Position numbers and translations under genes: made by a program | Part shown: one piece after another, positions 8,927-18,748 of the stretch | Position numbering within the stretch: the stretch's first letter is position 1 | Layout: each line of letters begins with the position of its first letter | Origin: SAR202 cluster bacterium AG-426-M11 | GTDB taxonomy: Bacteria; Chloroflexota; Dehalococcoidia; Lucifugimonadales; UBA826 | NCBI GenBank assembly: GCA_003213095.1 | Contig: QCNV01000002.1 | Location: 6,300 to 70,299, forward strand | Length of the DNA stretch: 64,000 nucleotides | Direction of reading: 5' to 3' | The notes under the pieces: generated by a model | Told to the model about the DNA's origin: nothing | The model's input: only the letters and a program-made list of their open reading frames with translations | Databases searched by the model: none

Positions 8927-9946
8927 GTGACAGAAGTAACTAAATTAGGAATCAATGGCTTTGGTAGGATCGGAAGATTAATACTGAGAACTATCATAGA
9001 AGAAAGCTATCCAAATACTATCGTACATGCCATTAATGGGACCGCAGACCCTAAGACTAATGCACATATGTTCAAGTACGACTCTACCTATGGTGTTTTC
9101 AAGGGTGAAGTAGATTGGAGTGATGATGCAATTTTTGTTAATGGGCAAGAAATCAAATGTATTTCTGAAAAATCCCCAGCAGAGATTAATTGGGGAAATT
9201 TTGATGTAGACATAGTTTTAGAATGTACAGGAAAATTTACTAGTAAAGATCAAGCTATCGGTCACTTAAAAAATGGTGCTAAAAAAGTTATCATTTCTGC
9301 CCCAGGTAAAAAAGAAGATGTAACTATAGTAATGGGTGTCAATCATAATGATTATGATCCTTTAAACCACAATATCATCTCTAATGCATCATGTACTACA
9401 AACTGTGCTGCCCCATTAATGAAAGTCCTCCATGACAATTTTGGGGTTTCACAAGGAATGATGACTACTATCCATTCATACACAAATGATCAACAAGTTT
9501 TAGATAAAAGACACAAAGATTTACGTAGAGCTCGAGCAGCAGCTACAAACATCATACCAACAACTACTGGAGCAGCCAAATCTGTTGGAATTGTAATTCC
9601 TGACCTCACGGGCAAAGTACACGGAATGGCATTCAGAGTACCAACTCCTACTGTTTCAGTAGTAGATTTTGTCGCAACACTAGAAAACAAAGTATCAGTT
9701 GATTCAGTTAATCAAGCATATAAAGATGCTTCCAAAAATTATTTGTCTAACATTATAGAATTATCAATGGAACCATTAGTCAGTTCAGATTTTCGAGGAA
9801 GTTCAGTAAGTGCTGTGATAGATGGCTTATCTACAATCACTATTAATGACAATATGGTTAAAGTAGTTGGATGGTACGATAATGAATGGGGTTATTCATG
9901 CAGAACCATAGAATTAGCAAATTTTGTAGCTTCAAAGGGAATATAA
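8927..9946 (+). CDS. gap: Glyceraldehyde-3-phosphate dehydrogenase
   Basis: 'INGFGRIGR', 'SNASCTTNC', 'WYDNEWGYS'. GTG start after 'AAGAGGA'. Confidence 0.95.
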   Translation: MTEVTKLGINGFGRIGRLILRTIIEESYPNTIVHAINGTADPKTNAHMFKYDSTYGVFKGEVDWSDDAIFVNGQEIKCISEKSPAEINWGNFDVDIVLECTGKFTSKDQAIGHLKNGAKKVIISAPGKKEDVTIVMGVNHNDYDPLNHNIISNASCTTNCAAPLMKVLHDNFGVSQGMMTTIHSYTNDQQVLDKRHKDLRRARAAATNIIPTTTGAAKSVGIVIPDLTGKVHGMAFRVPTPTVSVVDFVATLENKVSVDSVNQAYKDASKNYLSNIIELSMEPLVSSDFRGSSVSAVIDGLSTITINDNMVKVVGWYDNEWGYSCRTIELANFVASKGI

Positions 9947-9947
9947 T

Positions 9948-9970
9948 GCTGTTGAGAGACATCTCACAGC
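9948..9970 (+). terminator. Weak hairpin after gap (possible terminator)
   Basis: gctgt(t)gaga-gaca-tctcacagc, a 9-bp stem with one bulge. No clear T-run follows. Confidence 0.25.
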
Positions 9971-10009
9971 AAGATATACTTAATGTATAAATAGATTTGT
10001 GGAGGGTAT

Positions 10010-10909
10010 ATGACTACAGATTCAGACCAAATGACGGGTACTTGGCAAGTAAAAACAGGCCTTGCTCAGATGTTAAAAGGAGGAGTGATTATGGATGTTG
10101 TCACTCCGGAACAAGCTGTAATTGCAGAAAATGCAGGAGCTGTAGCAGTGATGGCACTTGAAAGAGTTCCGTCAGATATCAGAAAAGCTGGTGGAGTAGC
10201 TCGGATGTCTGACCCTAAAATGATTGCCGAAATCATTGAATCTGTATCAATACCAGTTATGGCAAAGGCAAGAATTGGACACTTTGCTGAAGCACAGATT
10301 CTAGAAGCGTTAGGTGTTGATTATATAGATGAATCAGAAGTTTTAACCCCTGCTGATGAAAACAATCATATTAACAAACATGACTACAAAGTACCGTTTG
10401 TATGCGGTTCAAGAGACTTAGGTGAAGCTCTAAGAAGAATCGGTGAAGGCGCTGCGATGATTAGAACCAAAGGAGAAGCTGGTTCTGGAAACATAGTTGA
10501 AGCGGTCAGACATGCTAGAAAAGTCTTAGGCCAAATTAAACATATTCATGGCATGGAACCTGATGAATTGATGGCAACAGCTAGAGACTTGAAAGCTCCA
10601 TTCGCTTTGGTTAAAAAAATTCATGAAACAGGTTCTTTACCAGTAGTAAACTTTGCAGCAGGAGGTATTTCAACCCCTGCAGACGCTGCACTAATGATGC
10701 AAATTGGGGTGGATGGAGTTTTTGTCGGTTCAGGCATATTCAAATCTGAAACTCCTGAAATTATGGCTGACGCAATTGTAAAAGCCACAACTCATTATCA
10801 AGATCCTGCGATCCTTGCTGAAATATCAAAGGGATTAGGATCAGCAATGAAAGGAATTGATTTACGAACCTTACCCGAATCTGAGCAACTTTCAAAACGA
10901 GGTTGGTAA
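10010..10909 (+). CDS. pdxS: Pyridoxal 5'-phosphate synthase, lyase subunit
   Basis: 'GGVIMDV', '[12 protein letters not shown]', '[10 protein letters not shown]', '[10 protein letters not shown]'. Confidence 0.95.
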   Translation: MTTDSDQMTGTWQVKTGLAQMLKGGVIMDVVTPEQAVIAENAGAVAVMALERVPSDIRKAGGVARMSDPKMIAEIIESVSIPVMAKARIGHFAEAQILEALGVDYIDESEVLTPADENNHINKHDYKVPFVCGSRDLGEALRRIGEGAAMIRTKGEAGSGNIVEAVRHARKVLGQIKHIHGMEPDELMATARDLKAPFALVKKIHETGSLPVVNFAAGGISTPADAALMMQIGVDGVFVGSGIFKSETPEIMADAIVKATTHYQDPAILAEISKGLGSAMKGIDLRTLPESEQLSKRGW

Positions 10910-11508
10910 ATTTGCCAGTAATTGGAGTTTTAGCTCTTCAAGGTGATTTTGTTGAACATATAAATATGTTGGACACTTTAGAAGTTAATTCTAAAGAAAT
11001 CAGAAGTAAAAATCAGTTTAAAAATATTGATGGCCTTATAATTCCTGGTGGTGAAAGCACCTCGATTATGCGTCTCATAGAAATATTTGACTTAAAAAAC
11101 GAAATAATTTCCTGTTCTAAAAAAGGAATGCCGATTTGGGGAACTTGTGCTGGAATGATAATTGTTGCTCAAAACATTATTCACAATGAATCTCAAGATA
11201 AAGTACGTAAGTACGACCCATTAAATTTAATTGACATAGATGTAAATAGAAATGCTTTTGGCAGGCAAATAGATAGTTTCGAACATGACATTGATGTTGA
11301 AGGTCTTCATGACCCTTATCATTCTATTTTTATCAGAGCTCCTCAAGTATCTAGAGCAGGTAAAAATGTTGAAATATTAGCATCAATTAACAAAACTAAG
11401 CCTGTAATTCTAAAACAAGACAATATTTTAGTGAGTTCATTTCACCCAGAATTGACCAATGACAACAGAATTCATAATTTGTTTATGCAAATGGTTTTAA
11501 GGAGATAA
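10903..11508 (+). CDS. pdxT: Pyridoxal 5'-phosphate synthase, glutaminase subunit
   Basis: 'GVLALQGDF', 'IPGGESTS', 'GTCAGMI', 'FHPELT'. The start is ambiguous (TTG 10903 or TTG 10912). Confidence 0.9.
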   Translation: MVNLPVIGVLALQGDFVEHINMLDTLEVNSKEIRSKNQFKNIDGLIIPGGESTSIMRLIEIFDLKNEIISCSKKGMPIWGTCAGMIIVAQNIIHNESQDKVRKYDPLNLIDIDVNRNAFGRQIDSFEHDIDVEGLHDPYHSIFIRAPQVSRAGKNVEILASINKTKPVILKQDNILVSSFHPELTNDNRIHNLFMQMVLRR

Positions 11509-11513
11509 AATCA

Positions 11514-13082
11514 GTGCCAGAAAATATAGAAACAAATATTGATGTGCTATTTGAGTCAATGCCTCCTAAAATCTCCAACATACTTATTCAAAAACAAAAC
11601 ATCAATGAGTTACTAGAGGTAGTTTTAGATTTAGGTCGCCAACCTGAGGCACGATTCATAGACTCGAACATATTACTAGAATGTGATGAAATAACACCCA
11701 AAGATTTAGATTTTGTAGTCAACAAAGTCGGTAATTTTGGATCTGATAATAGAGCTGGAATTGAAAGAACATTACACAGAATTTCTGCAATCAGAAATAA
11801 AGACCAAAGAATTGTAGGGATAACATTTAGAGTTGGAAGAGCAGTTTATGGAACTATCAAAATAATTGAAGATCTAATTTTATCTGGAAAAAGTGTCCTA
11901 CTACTCGGGAAGCCTGGAGTGGGTAAAACAACAATGCTAAGAGAAGTAGCAAGAGTCCTTGCAGATGAAGCAAATAAAAGAGTCATTGTAGTAGACACTT
12001 CTAATGAAATCGCAGGTGATGGAGACATCCCACATAAAGCTATTGGCAGAGCAAGACGAATGCAAGTGCATTCTTTAGAAGATCAACATTCAATCATGAT
12101 AGAAGCTGTCCAAAATCACATGCCTGAAGTGATTGTTATTGACGAAATAGGCACTGCTTTGGAAGCAAATGCTGCTAGAACAATTGCTGAACGAGGAGTT
12201 CAACTTGTAGCTACAGCTCATGGAAACACATTGGAAAATTTAGTAATGAACCCTGTTTTATCTGATTTAGTTGGAGGAATTGAATCAGTTACATTAGGAG
12301 ACATAGAAGCTAAAAGAAGAAAATCACAAAAAACTGTACTAGAACGAAAATCATCACCAACTTTTGACATTTTAATAGAAATCCAAAACTGGAATACAGT
12401 AAATGTACACCTCGATGTAGCTACCACACTAGATAAAATATTAAGGGACAAAAACTGTAATTCTGAATTAAGAAAATTAACCATTGATGGAATTGTAGAG
12501 ACTACAAACATCTCATTTTCTCAATCTAAACAAAATAATTCAGGAACAGAAAACCCTCCAACTCCTATTAGAGACTTTTCGAATGACGTGTCTTATACAG
12601 ATGAAAGTCACCTAGAAAAAAAGTATGTTCTACCATATGGAGTCAATAGAGGTAGAATTGATCAGGTTATCAAAAACCTTGGAGCCCCTATTGTTCTAGT
12701 AAGTGACATGAAACAAGCAGAAATAGTTGTAACCACCAAAAATTATCATAGACGTGGGACTCAAGCCCTAAAAGATGCTGAAAAATTAGGAAAGCCTGTA
12801 TTTGTTCTTAGAAAAAATACTATTCTTCAAATTGAACATTTCGTCAAAGCAGTATTAAAAACATCTAATACAGGAATTTCACATGCTGATAGATCTTTAG
12901 CTATTTTAGAAGCTGAACAAGCAGCAAAACGTATTGACAGTGGTGAAACAGAAATTGCTCTTCGTCCACAAAATTCATATCTTAGAAGAATTCAACATCA
13001 AATTGCTGATGATCATGGGTTAGACTCCTCTAGTCAAGGTCAAGAACCATCTCGAAGAGTAATCATATCTGGAAATAATTAG
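11514..13082 (+). CDS. AAA ATPase with C-terminal R3H nucleic-acid-binding domain (SpoIIIAA/Ycf45-like)
   Basis: Walker A 'GKPGVGKTT', 'VVDTSNEIAGDGDIPH', Walker B 'VIVIDEIG'. The C-terminus 'YLRRIQHQIADDHGL' is R3H-like. Confidence 0.7.
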   Translation: MPENIETNIDVLFESMPPKISNILIQKQNINELLEVVLDLGRQPEARFIDSNILLECDEITPKDLDFVVNKVGNFGSDNRAGIERTLHRISAIRNKDQRIVGITFRVGRAVYGTIKIIEDLILSGKSVLLLGKPGVGKTTMLREVARVLADEANKRVIVVDTSNEIAGDGDIPHKAIGRARRMQVHSLEDQHSIMIEAVQNHMPEVIVIDEIGTALEANAARTIAERGVQLVATAHGNTLENLVMNPVLSDLVGGIESVTLGDIEAKRRKSQKTVLERKSSPTFDILIEIQNWNTVNVHLDVATTLDKILRDKNCNSELRKLTIDGIVETTNISFSQSKQNNSGTENPPTPIRDFSNDVSYTDESHLEKKYVLPYGVNRGRIDQVIKNLGAPIVLVSDMKQAEIVVTTKNYHRRGTQALKDAEKLGKPVFVLRKNTILQIEHFVKAVLKTSNTGISHADRSLAILEAEQAAKRIDSGETEIALRPQNSYLRRIQHQIADDHGLDSSSQGQEPSRRVIISGNN

Positions 13083-13714
13083 TGAATCAATTACCGGGAA
13101 AACTTATAGTTTTTGAAGGAGTAGAGGGTTGCGGAAAAACTACTCAATCAGAGCTTTTGTCCAAGTATTTCTATGACAATCAAATAGACCATCTACTTGT
13201 CAGAGAACCTGGTGGAACTGAAACCGGAGAAAAAATCCGATCTATTTTGCTACATTCAGAAGAACTAAATGGATTATCTGAATTATTTTTATTATCTGCC
13301 GCTAGACAAATATTAATTTCTCAAAAGGTTTTGCCTGCACTTGAATCAGGGAAAATAGTAATCAGTGACAGGTTTTACTTTTCATCTCTTTCTTACCAAG
13401 GTCACGCTAGAGGAATTGATCAATCGATAATTTGGGATATTAGCAAAATTGCTGCAATGCAAATTAATCCTGATATAGCATTTCTAATAGATATTTCCCC
13501 TGCTCAATCATTTAGTAGAAAAATTAACGATAAAAAAGATAGATTTGAAAGAGAAAGTTCAGAATTTCATACCGCAGTTAGAGAAGGATATCTATCTATA
13601 GCAAATTCTAACCAAAACCTTTGGAGAATCATTCAAGGGGATAAAAACATTTTAGATGTACATGAAGAAATTATATTTTTGCTGAACGAAAAATTATCTT
13701 TAATTTCCGAATAA
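13082..13714 (+). CDS. tmk: Thymidylate kinase
   Basis: 'FEGVEGCGKTTQ', 'REPGGT', 'DRFYFSSLSYQG'. GTG start overlaps the upstream stop. Confidence 0.9.
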   Translation: MNQLPGKLIVFEGVEGCGKTTQSELLSKYFYDNQIDHLLVREPGGTETGEKIRSILLHSEELNGLSELFLLSAARQILISQKVLPALESGKIVISDRFYFSSLSYQGHARGIDQSIIWDISKIAAMQINPDIAFLIDISPAQSFSRKINDKKDRFERESSEFHTAVREGYLSIANSNQNLWRIIQGDKNILDVHEEIIFLLNEKLSLISE

Positions 13715-14416
13715 CAACATTTCAGGTAATTTTTTAAATAATTTTTCTGCCCGATCTTTTCCATATTTAAACAAAACACATTCATAAGCATCTATTAAAT
13801 CTTGCTCTCTTTTACCTGTTGACATATGTGTATCTGAAGCAATCACGTCTACTAAATCTAAATCTAATAACTCATTTGAAAAAGTTTTTACTTCTGCACC
13901 AAATTTTCCTAAGACACTTCCTGAAGTAATTTGCATTAAGTTACCGTGATTTTTTAAAGTTTCAATTAAATTGGGATTATTATCAAAACCTTTCATTCTT
14001 TCAGGATGGGCAATTAAAGGAATTAAGCCGTTAGCTTGTAATTCTTTCAACTGAAAATAAAAATCATCATCAAAATTATCCGTATATGGAGGCTCAACCA
14101 AAATATATGATCCATAATTTATAGTAAAAGCAATTCCTTTCATCGCTAACTCACATAAAGTCGTATCTAGATGATTTTCCATACCTACATACACTTCAAT
14201 ATGCAATTCAGATTGAATTGCATATTGATTTAATAATTCCACTTGATCGATCAATGATTGGGATGCTTGATTTTCAATAACATCTTTTCTGTGGGGAGTA
14301 GCTAATATTCTATTAATTCCTTGTTTAGAGCTTTTTTCCAAAATGATTTTGGATTCAGAAAAAGTCTTAGGACCATCATCTAAGCCTGATAATAAATGGT
14401 TGTGTAAATCTATCAT
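13700..14416 (-). CDS. PHP-domain metal-dependent phosphatase (CpsB/YwqE-like)
   Basis: 'MIDLHNHLLSGLDDGP', 'ATPH', 'IAHPER', 'ASDTH' match the CpsB/CapC PHP phosphoesterase pattern. Confidence 0.75.
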   Translation of the reverse strand: MIDLHNHLLSGLDDGPKTFSESKIILEKSSKQGINRILATPHRKDVIENQASQSLIDQVELLNQYAIQSELHIEVYVGMENHLDTTLCELAMKGIAFTINYGSYILVEPPYTDNFDDDFYFQLKELQANGLIPLIAHPERMKGFDNNPNLIETLKNHGNLMQITSGSVLGKFGAEVKTFSNELLDLDLVDVIASDTHMSTGKREQDLIDAYECVLFKYGKDRAEKLFKKLPEMLLFGN

Positions 14417-14484
14417 TTTATTTTCAATATAGTAAATTCATATCATATTTTCTGTTAGAATTTCGTTTTGATTTTGGTATAACT

Positions 14485-15378
14485 ATGGATATTAATATAA
14501 CAAACTTTAAACCTGAATACTCTCAAAAAATTTTGAGTTTAATCAACTCTCAAGATTCAAATTTCATTCAAGATAATGTAATTAGTGAAACCCTATTTAC
14601 TCAAATGATTTCAATTCCCGATTCAAATCCTGAAAAAGACTGTTATGTAATTTCTAATGAGGAAGACATAATCGGATTTGTACAATTAATACATGAATCC
14701 CCAATTTCAAGAACGGTACTGAAATTTTGGATTTCAGAAAATATAGAAAAAAATCAAATTTTTACAATGATCATTAAAAAGATTGAGCTAAAGTTCAGGT
14801 CATTAGATTCAAAATTTTTACACATTCAAATCCCTGAAAATTCTTATGAATCTATACTTGTGAAAAATAATTGGAATAGAATCAAAACATACATCACATT
14901 AAAATTACCCTTAAGTTCTAGTCCTATTTTTAAAATTGACCCTCAACTTAAAATTACTAACTTAAAATTTGAATCAGACGAAACAGATTTAACTAATCTC
15001 CAAAATATATGTTTCGAAAATAATTGGGGATTCTCTCCAAATAGTGTAAATCAAATCTCCTATAGAATCAGAATGGAAAATTGTTCTCCTCAAGGGATTG
15101 TGTTCATAGAATCTGAAAACAAAAAAATTGCTTATAACTGGACTCTATTGAATGAAAACAACAAAACCGGTTTAATTTCAATGATAGGAGTTCATCCTGA
15201 ATTTCAAGGAAAAGGCATAGGTAAGCAAATTTTATTAGCAGGATTAAAATCACTTTATAACCGAGGAGCAAAAATAGTAAGTTTAGAAGTAGATTCAGAA
15301 AACAAAAATGCAGTGGATTTATATAAAAAAATAGGATTTGCAGAAGATCAAAAAAACATTTGGTTCGAGTTTATTTAA
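14485..15378 (+). CDS. Tandem-GNAT acetyltransferase (MshD-like architecture)
   Basis: The C-terminal domain has GNAT motif A ('VHPEFQGKGIGKQIL') and 'LEVDSENKNAVDLYKKIGF'. The N-terminal half is a degenerate GNAT-sized domain. Confidence 0.65.
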   Translation: MDINITNFKPEYSQKILSLINSQDSNFIQDNVISETLFTQMISIPDSNPEKDCYVISNEEDIIGFVQLIHESPISRTVLKFWISENIEKNQIFTMIIKKIELKFRSLDSKFLHIQIPENSYESILVKNNWNRIKTYITLKLPLSSSPIFKIDPQLKITNLKFESDETDLTNLQNICFENNWGFSPNSVNQISYRIRMENCSPQGIVFIESENKKIAYNWTLLNENNKTGLISMIGVHPEFQGKGIGKQILLAGLKSLYNRGAKIVSLEVDSENKNAVDLYKKIGFAEDQKNIWFEFI

Positions 15379-16564
15379 TGGTTTTCTCAAAAAAATCAAC
15401 CATTTGAGTGGTCATATTTATCCAGCTCATTGATCTAGCTTTTTTCAAACCTTCAAGACCCATTTTATTATTCAAATTATTATTATCTAATAATTCACCT
15501 ACCTTTTCAGCAAAACTTTCTGCATTGTTTCCATCGATTAAAAACCCGTTAACAGTATCTTGTACTATAGTTGGAATACCTCCAACGTTTGATGCTACTA
15601 CAGGAGTAGCACATGCCATTGATTCAAGTAATACAAAACCTAAGCTTTCATAAAATGAAGTTAAAACAAACACATCTACTGCACTATAAAAAAATTTTAA
15701 TTGTTGATGAGGGACTGAACCAATCAATTCAACATAATTTGATAATCCATTTATGCATATCTTAGTTTTTAATTCTATTAGTTCTTTAGAATTTATACTT
15801 CCTCCACCCACAATTAATAATTTATATTGAAATTTCACCTTAAGTATTTTTGCCATTTCTAATAAAATTTCAATACCTTTAATTGGATCGATTCTTCCAA
15901 CAAATAAAACGTTTTTTTCATTTTTCATTGACAATTTTTGTTTTGCTAAAGATTTATTAACAGGAGAAAAACTTGTCAAATCCACCCCGGGAGGAAATAC
16001 CATAATTTTCTTTTGTGAAATTTGGTACATATCACGTATATCTATACTTTCAGTATTGCTTAGAGCAATAATAAAATCAGCGCTCTCCATAACCATTTTT
16101 TCATTTACTTCTCTTTGTGGATGTTCTAAGTTATTTGGAGAATATTTTGATTTAGTCTTAGCCATAGTATGAAATGTTACAAAATGTGGGATATTAAATA
16201 ACTGAGTTAATTTTTGCCCAACAATTCCAGACAACCAGTAATGAGAGTAAACCAAGTCGATCTCTAAAGAATTAATATTTACAAAATCAAAAATTAAATT
16301 AGAAAATTCTTCGGTATAATTGAACAAGTCTGATTTATCTGTTTTAGATTCTCCAATTGAAAAATGAACAAGTTTGATTTGGTCATAGTATTCTTGAGTG
16401 TTATAAGTACATCCTTCATGTGATTTCGTGAAAATCCATACATTATGACCTAGCTGAACAAGATTGCTAGCTAAATTATATAAATAAATATTCATACCCC
16501 CAACATCAGACGATCCAGGAGTACCCATGGGGCAACTGTGCATACTGACAATTACAATATTCAT
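15371..16564 (-). CDS. GT4 retaining glycosyltransferase, strongly MshA-like (D-inositol-3-phosphate glycosyltransferase family)
   Basis: 'VSMHSCPMGTPGSSDVGGMNIY', 'DLVYSHYWLSG', 'FHTMAKTK', 'SFYESLGFVLLESMACATPVVAS..GG' align by eye along the whole length with MshA. Confidence 0.8.
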   Translation of the reverse strand: MNIVIVSMHSCPMGTPGSSDVGGMNIYLYNLASNLVQLGHNVWIFTKSHEGCTYNTQEYYDQIKLVHFSIGESKTDKSDLFNYTEEFSNLIFDFVNINSLEIDLVYSHYWLSGIVGQKLTQLFNIPHFVTFHTMAKTKSKYSPNNLEHPQREVNEKMVMESADFIIALSNTESIDIRDMYQISQKKIMVFPPGVDLTSFSPVNKSLAKQKLSMKNEKNVLFVGRIDPIKGIEILLEMAKILKVKFQYKLLIVGGGSINSKELIELKTKICINGLSNYVELIGSVPHQQLKFFYSAVDVFVLTSFYESLGFVLLESMACATPVVASNVGGIPTIVQDTVNGFLIDGNNAESFAEKVGELLDNNNLNNKMGLEGLKKARSMSWINMTTQMVDFFEKTIK

Positions 16565-16568
16565 AAGA

Positions 16569-17543
16569 TTAAAGTCTAGTAATTGATAAATCCATTACCA
16601 ACTTGTCTTGAGCACCCAAATGATATTTATATCGTTCTGTACCTCGCAAAAAATTATAAACTTTCATTTCATTTTCTATAGATTCTTTAATGGTAAATGC
16701 TTTATTGATCAAACCCACACTTAAACTTGAAAATTCAGGATTATATCCACTGTTATACAATAAAACTTGGTCTTCATATTCAAAACATATACAAGCTGCA
16801 ACTATTTGCTCATCAAGCTCTAGAAAATACAAATTAAAAGAGTCTTGATAAGAAAATATTTTTGCTAATTCTTTAAAAAAAGATTTATTGAGATCCGACA
16901 AAAATTCCCCTTTGTCTTCTCTACTTTGAGCCATCAAATTAAAAAAAGTATTCATATACATCTCTAAAGAATTCGAATTCAGATCACATCTAAATTGTTT
17001 AAATGAATGACTTGATTCCAATCTACGGATTTTTCTCCTTAACTCATGACGGTCTTTTTTACGCAAATTCAATTGATAGTCATCCCAATTGTTAGGGAGC
17101 TGTAACAATGGAGTACAATCAGATTCAGTAATAGAAACATCAAAATTATTTGGACCAAAAAACTGTGGAAGTAATTTTAAGGTTGGAGAATCTTCAGGAA
17201 TAGATTCCAATTTGATATTTTCCCATTTTAATGATTGAATCATTTCAGCTGCTGACTCATAAAATAGAGATTCATACCCATTCAATACTGGGAAATCCAT
17301 ATAATCATAAACATCAGAATCCCCAATAAAACTCAATCTTCCATTTGTGTCCATTAACGGAACAACTCCAAGGTCAATCCCGTCTTTTTGAACAATTTCA
17401 AGATAAATGTCTGATTGTGGTTTGTAATTATTTACCCATATTTCCTGCCATGTTGGGGTAATAAAGATCGTACCGGTAGAGGAGTTTTTCAAAATCCTAT
17501 TCCAAGAAGCAATTTTTTCTAAATCATCGAATTTACTTGTCAT
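16569..17543 (-). CDS. FemAB-like/CelD-like GNAT-fold acyltransferase (Acetyltransf_6-type)
   Basis: The 324 aa length fits. 'KKDRHELRRKIRRLE' and the C-terminal 'YNSGYNPEF...YNFLRG.ERYKYHLGA' resemble the BioF2-like/CelD family. The start shares a base with the thrC stop (TAATG). Confidence 0.5.
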   Translation of the reverse strand: MTSKFDDLEKIASWNRILKNSSTGTIFITPTWQEIWVNNYKPQSDIYLEIVQKDGIDLGVVPLMDTNGRLSFIGDSDVYDYMDFPVLNGYESLFYESAAEMIQSLKWENIKLESIPEDSPTLKLLPQFFGPNNFDVSITESDCTPLLQLPNNWDDYQLNLRKKDRHELRRKIRRLESSHSFKQFRCDLNSNSLEMYMNTFFNLMAQSREDKGEFLSDLNKSFFKELAKIFSYQDSFNLYFLELDEQIVAACICFEYEDQVLLYNSGYNPEFSSLSVGLINKAFTIKESIENEMKVYNFLRGTERYKYHLGAQDKLVMDLSITRL

Positions 17544-18595
17544 TAATTTACTAATACTTTCTCTACAGATTCATAGTCATTTTGATATTCCCCATATGAT
17601 GCAGGAGAAATTTTGATAGCATTTTCAGGATCTTTCAATCCGTTTCCAGTCACTATACATACAATAGTTTTATCATGAAAATCAGATCCATTTTTCTTTT
17701 CTAGAATTAGTCCTGCCAAAGATGCAGCTGATGCGGGTTCACAAAAAATACCTTCATTAGATGCTAACAATTGATATGCACTAATAATTTCTTCATCAGT
17801 CACACTTTGAATCAACCCACCAGATTCATCTCTAGCTTTAATTGCATTTTCCCAACTTGCTGGATTACCTATACGAATAGCAGATGCTATAGTTTCTGGA
17901 TTTTCAACAACTTTGCCAGTGACTAAGGGAGAAGCTCCAGCAGCTTGATAACCATGAAATTCAGGTAGCTCTTTAGAAAAACCTAATTCAAAATATTCTT
18001 TAAATCCTTTCCAATAGGCTGAAATATTACCTGCATTTCCAACAGGTATAAAAAGTAATTCTGGAGCTCGCTTTATATCGTCAACAATTTCAAATGCAGC
18101 AGTTTTTTGTCCCTCTATCCTATTTGGATTAATGGAATTAACCAATTCTATAGGATGCTTACTAGACAATTCCCTTGCAATACTTAATGCAGAATCAAAA
18201 TTACCTTTAATCACTGCTATATGAGCACCATATGCAATAGCTTGAGCCAATTTACCACTAGCAACTTTACCTTGAGGAACAATTATTGTAGTTTTCAAAC
18301 CTAAATATGCCCCATAGGCAGCAGCAGATGCACTTGTATTGCCAGTAGAAGCACAAACTATATTAGTAACCCCTTTTTCAAGTGCTTTTGCTACTGCAAG
18401 TACCATGCCTCGATCTTTGAATGATCCCGTAGGGTTACATCCTTCAAATTTAAAATATAATTCTCGACAACCAATAATTTTCACAATGTTTCTTGATTTA
18501 ATCAATGGAGTTTGACCCTCACCTAAACTAAAAATGGGGGTATTTTCATTGATTGGTAAAAACTGTTTATAAGAAGTTAAAACTCCTTGCGGCAT
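17543..18595 (-). CDS. thrC: Threonine synthase
   Basis: PLP-lysine motif 'NPTGSFKDRG', 'STGNTSASAAAY', 'GNAGNISA'. Confidence 0.92.
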   Translation of the reverse strand: MPQGVLTSYKQFLPINENTPIFSLGEGQTPLIKSRNIVKIIGCRELYFKFEGCNPTGSFKDRGMVLAVAKALEKGVTNIVCASTGNTSASAAAYGAYLGLKTTIIVPQGKVASGKLAQAIAYGAHIAVIKGNFDSALSIARELSSKHPIELVNSINPNRIEGQKTAAFEIVDDIKRAPELLFIPVGNAGNISAYWKGFKEYFELGFSKELPEFHGYQAAGASPLVTGKVVENPETIASAIRIGNPASWENAIKARDESGGLIQSVTDEEIISAYQLLASNEGIFCEPASAASLAGLILEKKNGSDFHDKTIVCIVTGNGLKDPENAIKISPASYGEYQNDYESVEKVLVN

Positions 18596-18748
18596 ATTGT
18601 CATCTCACTTACAAATTCAACCATCTCACTTTACTTGAGATATATTTCAGTGGCAAGAGAAACAAGCATTAGTTTGAATTTACCTTATATATAAATATAC
18701 AATATATTGTGCCTACAAATATTACAGTCCCTATATAGAAGGAGAACC

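Noticed and set aside
14485-16564. Taking the MshA-like GT4 plus the tandem GNAT as proof of mycothiol synthesis and an actinobacterial origin.
   Set aside because: No mshB, mshC or ino1 is in the window. A canonical mutS and the DUF2298/TIGR03663 pair argue against a typical actinobacterium. I report it only as a hypothesis.
18596-18748. A possible riboswitch (ZTP/pfl or THF) upstream of glyA, suggested by the direct repeat 'catctcact' x2 and a small inverted repeat (atctca...tgagat).
   Set aside because: None of the conserved cores I remember for the ZTP or THF riboswitches is present. The region is short and AT-rich, and is more likely just divergent promoters.
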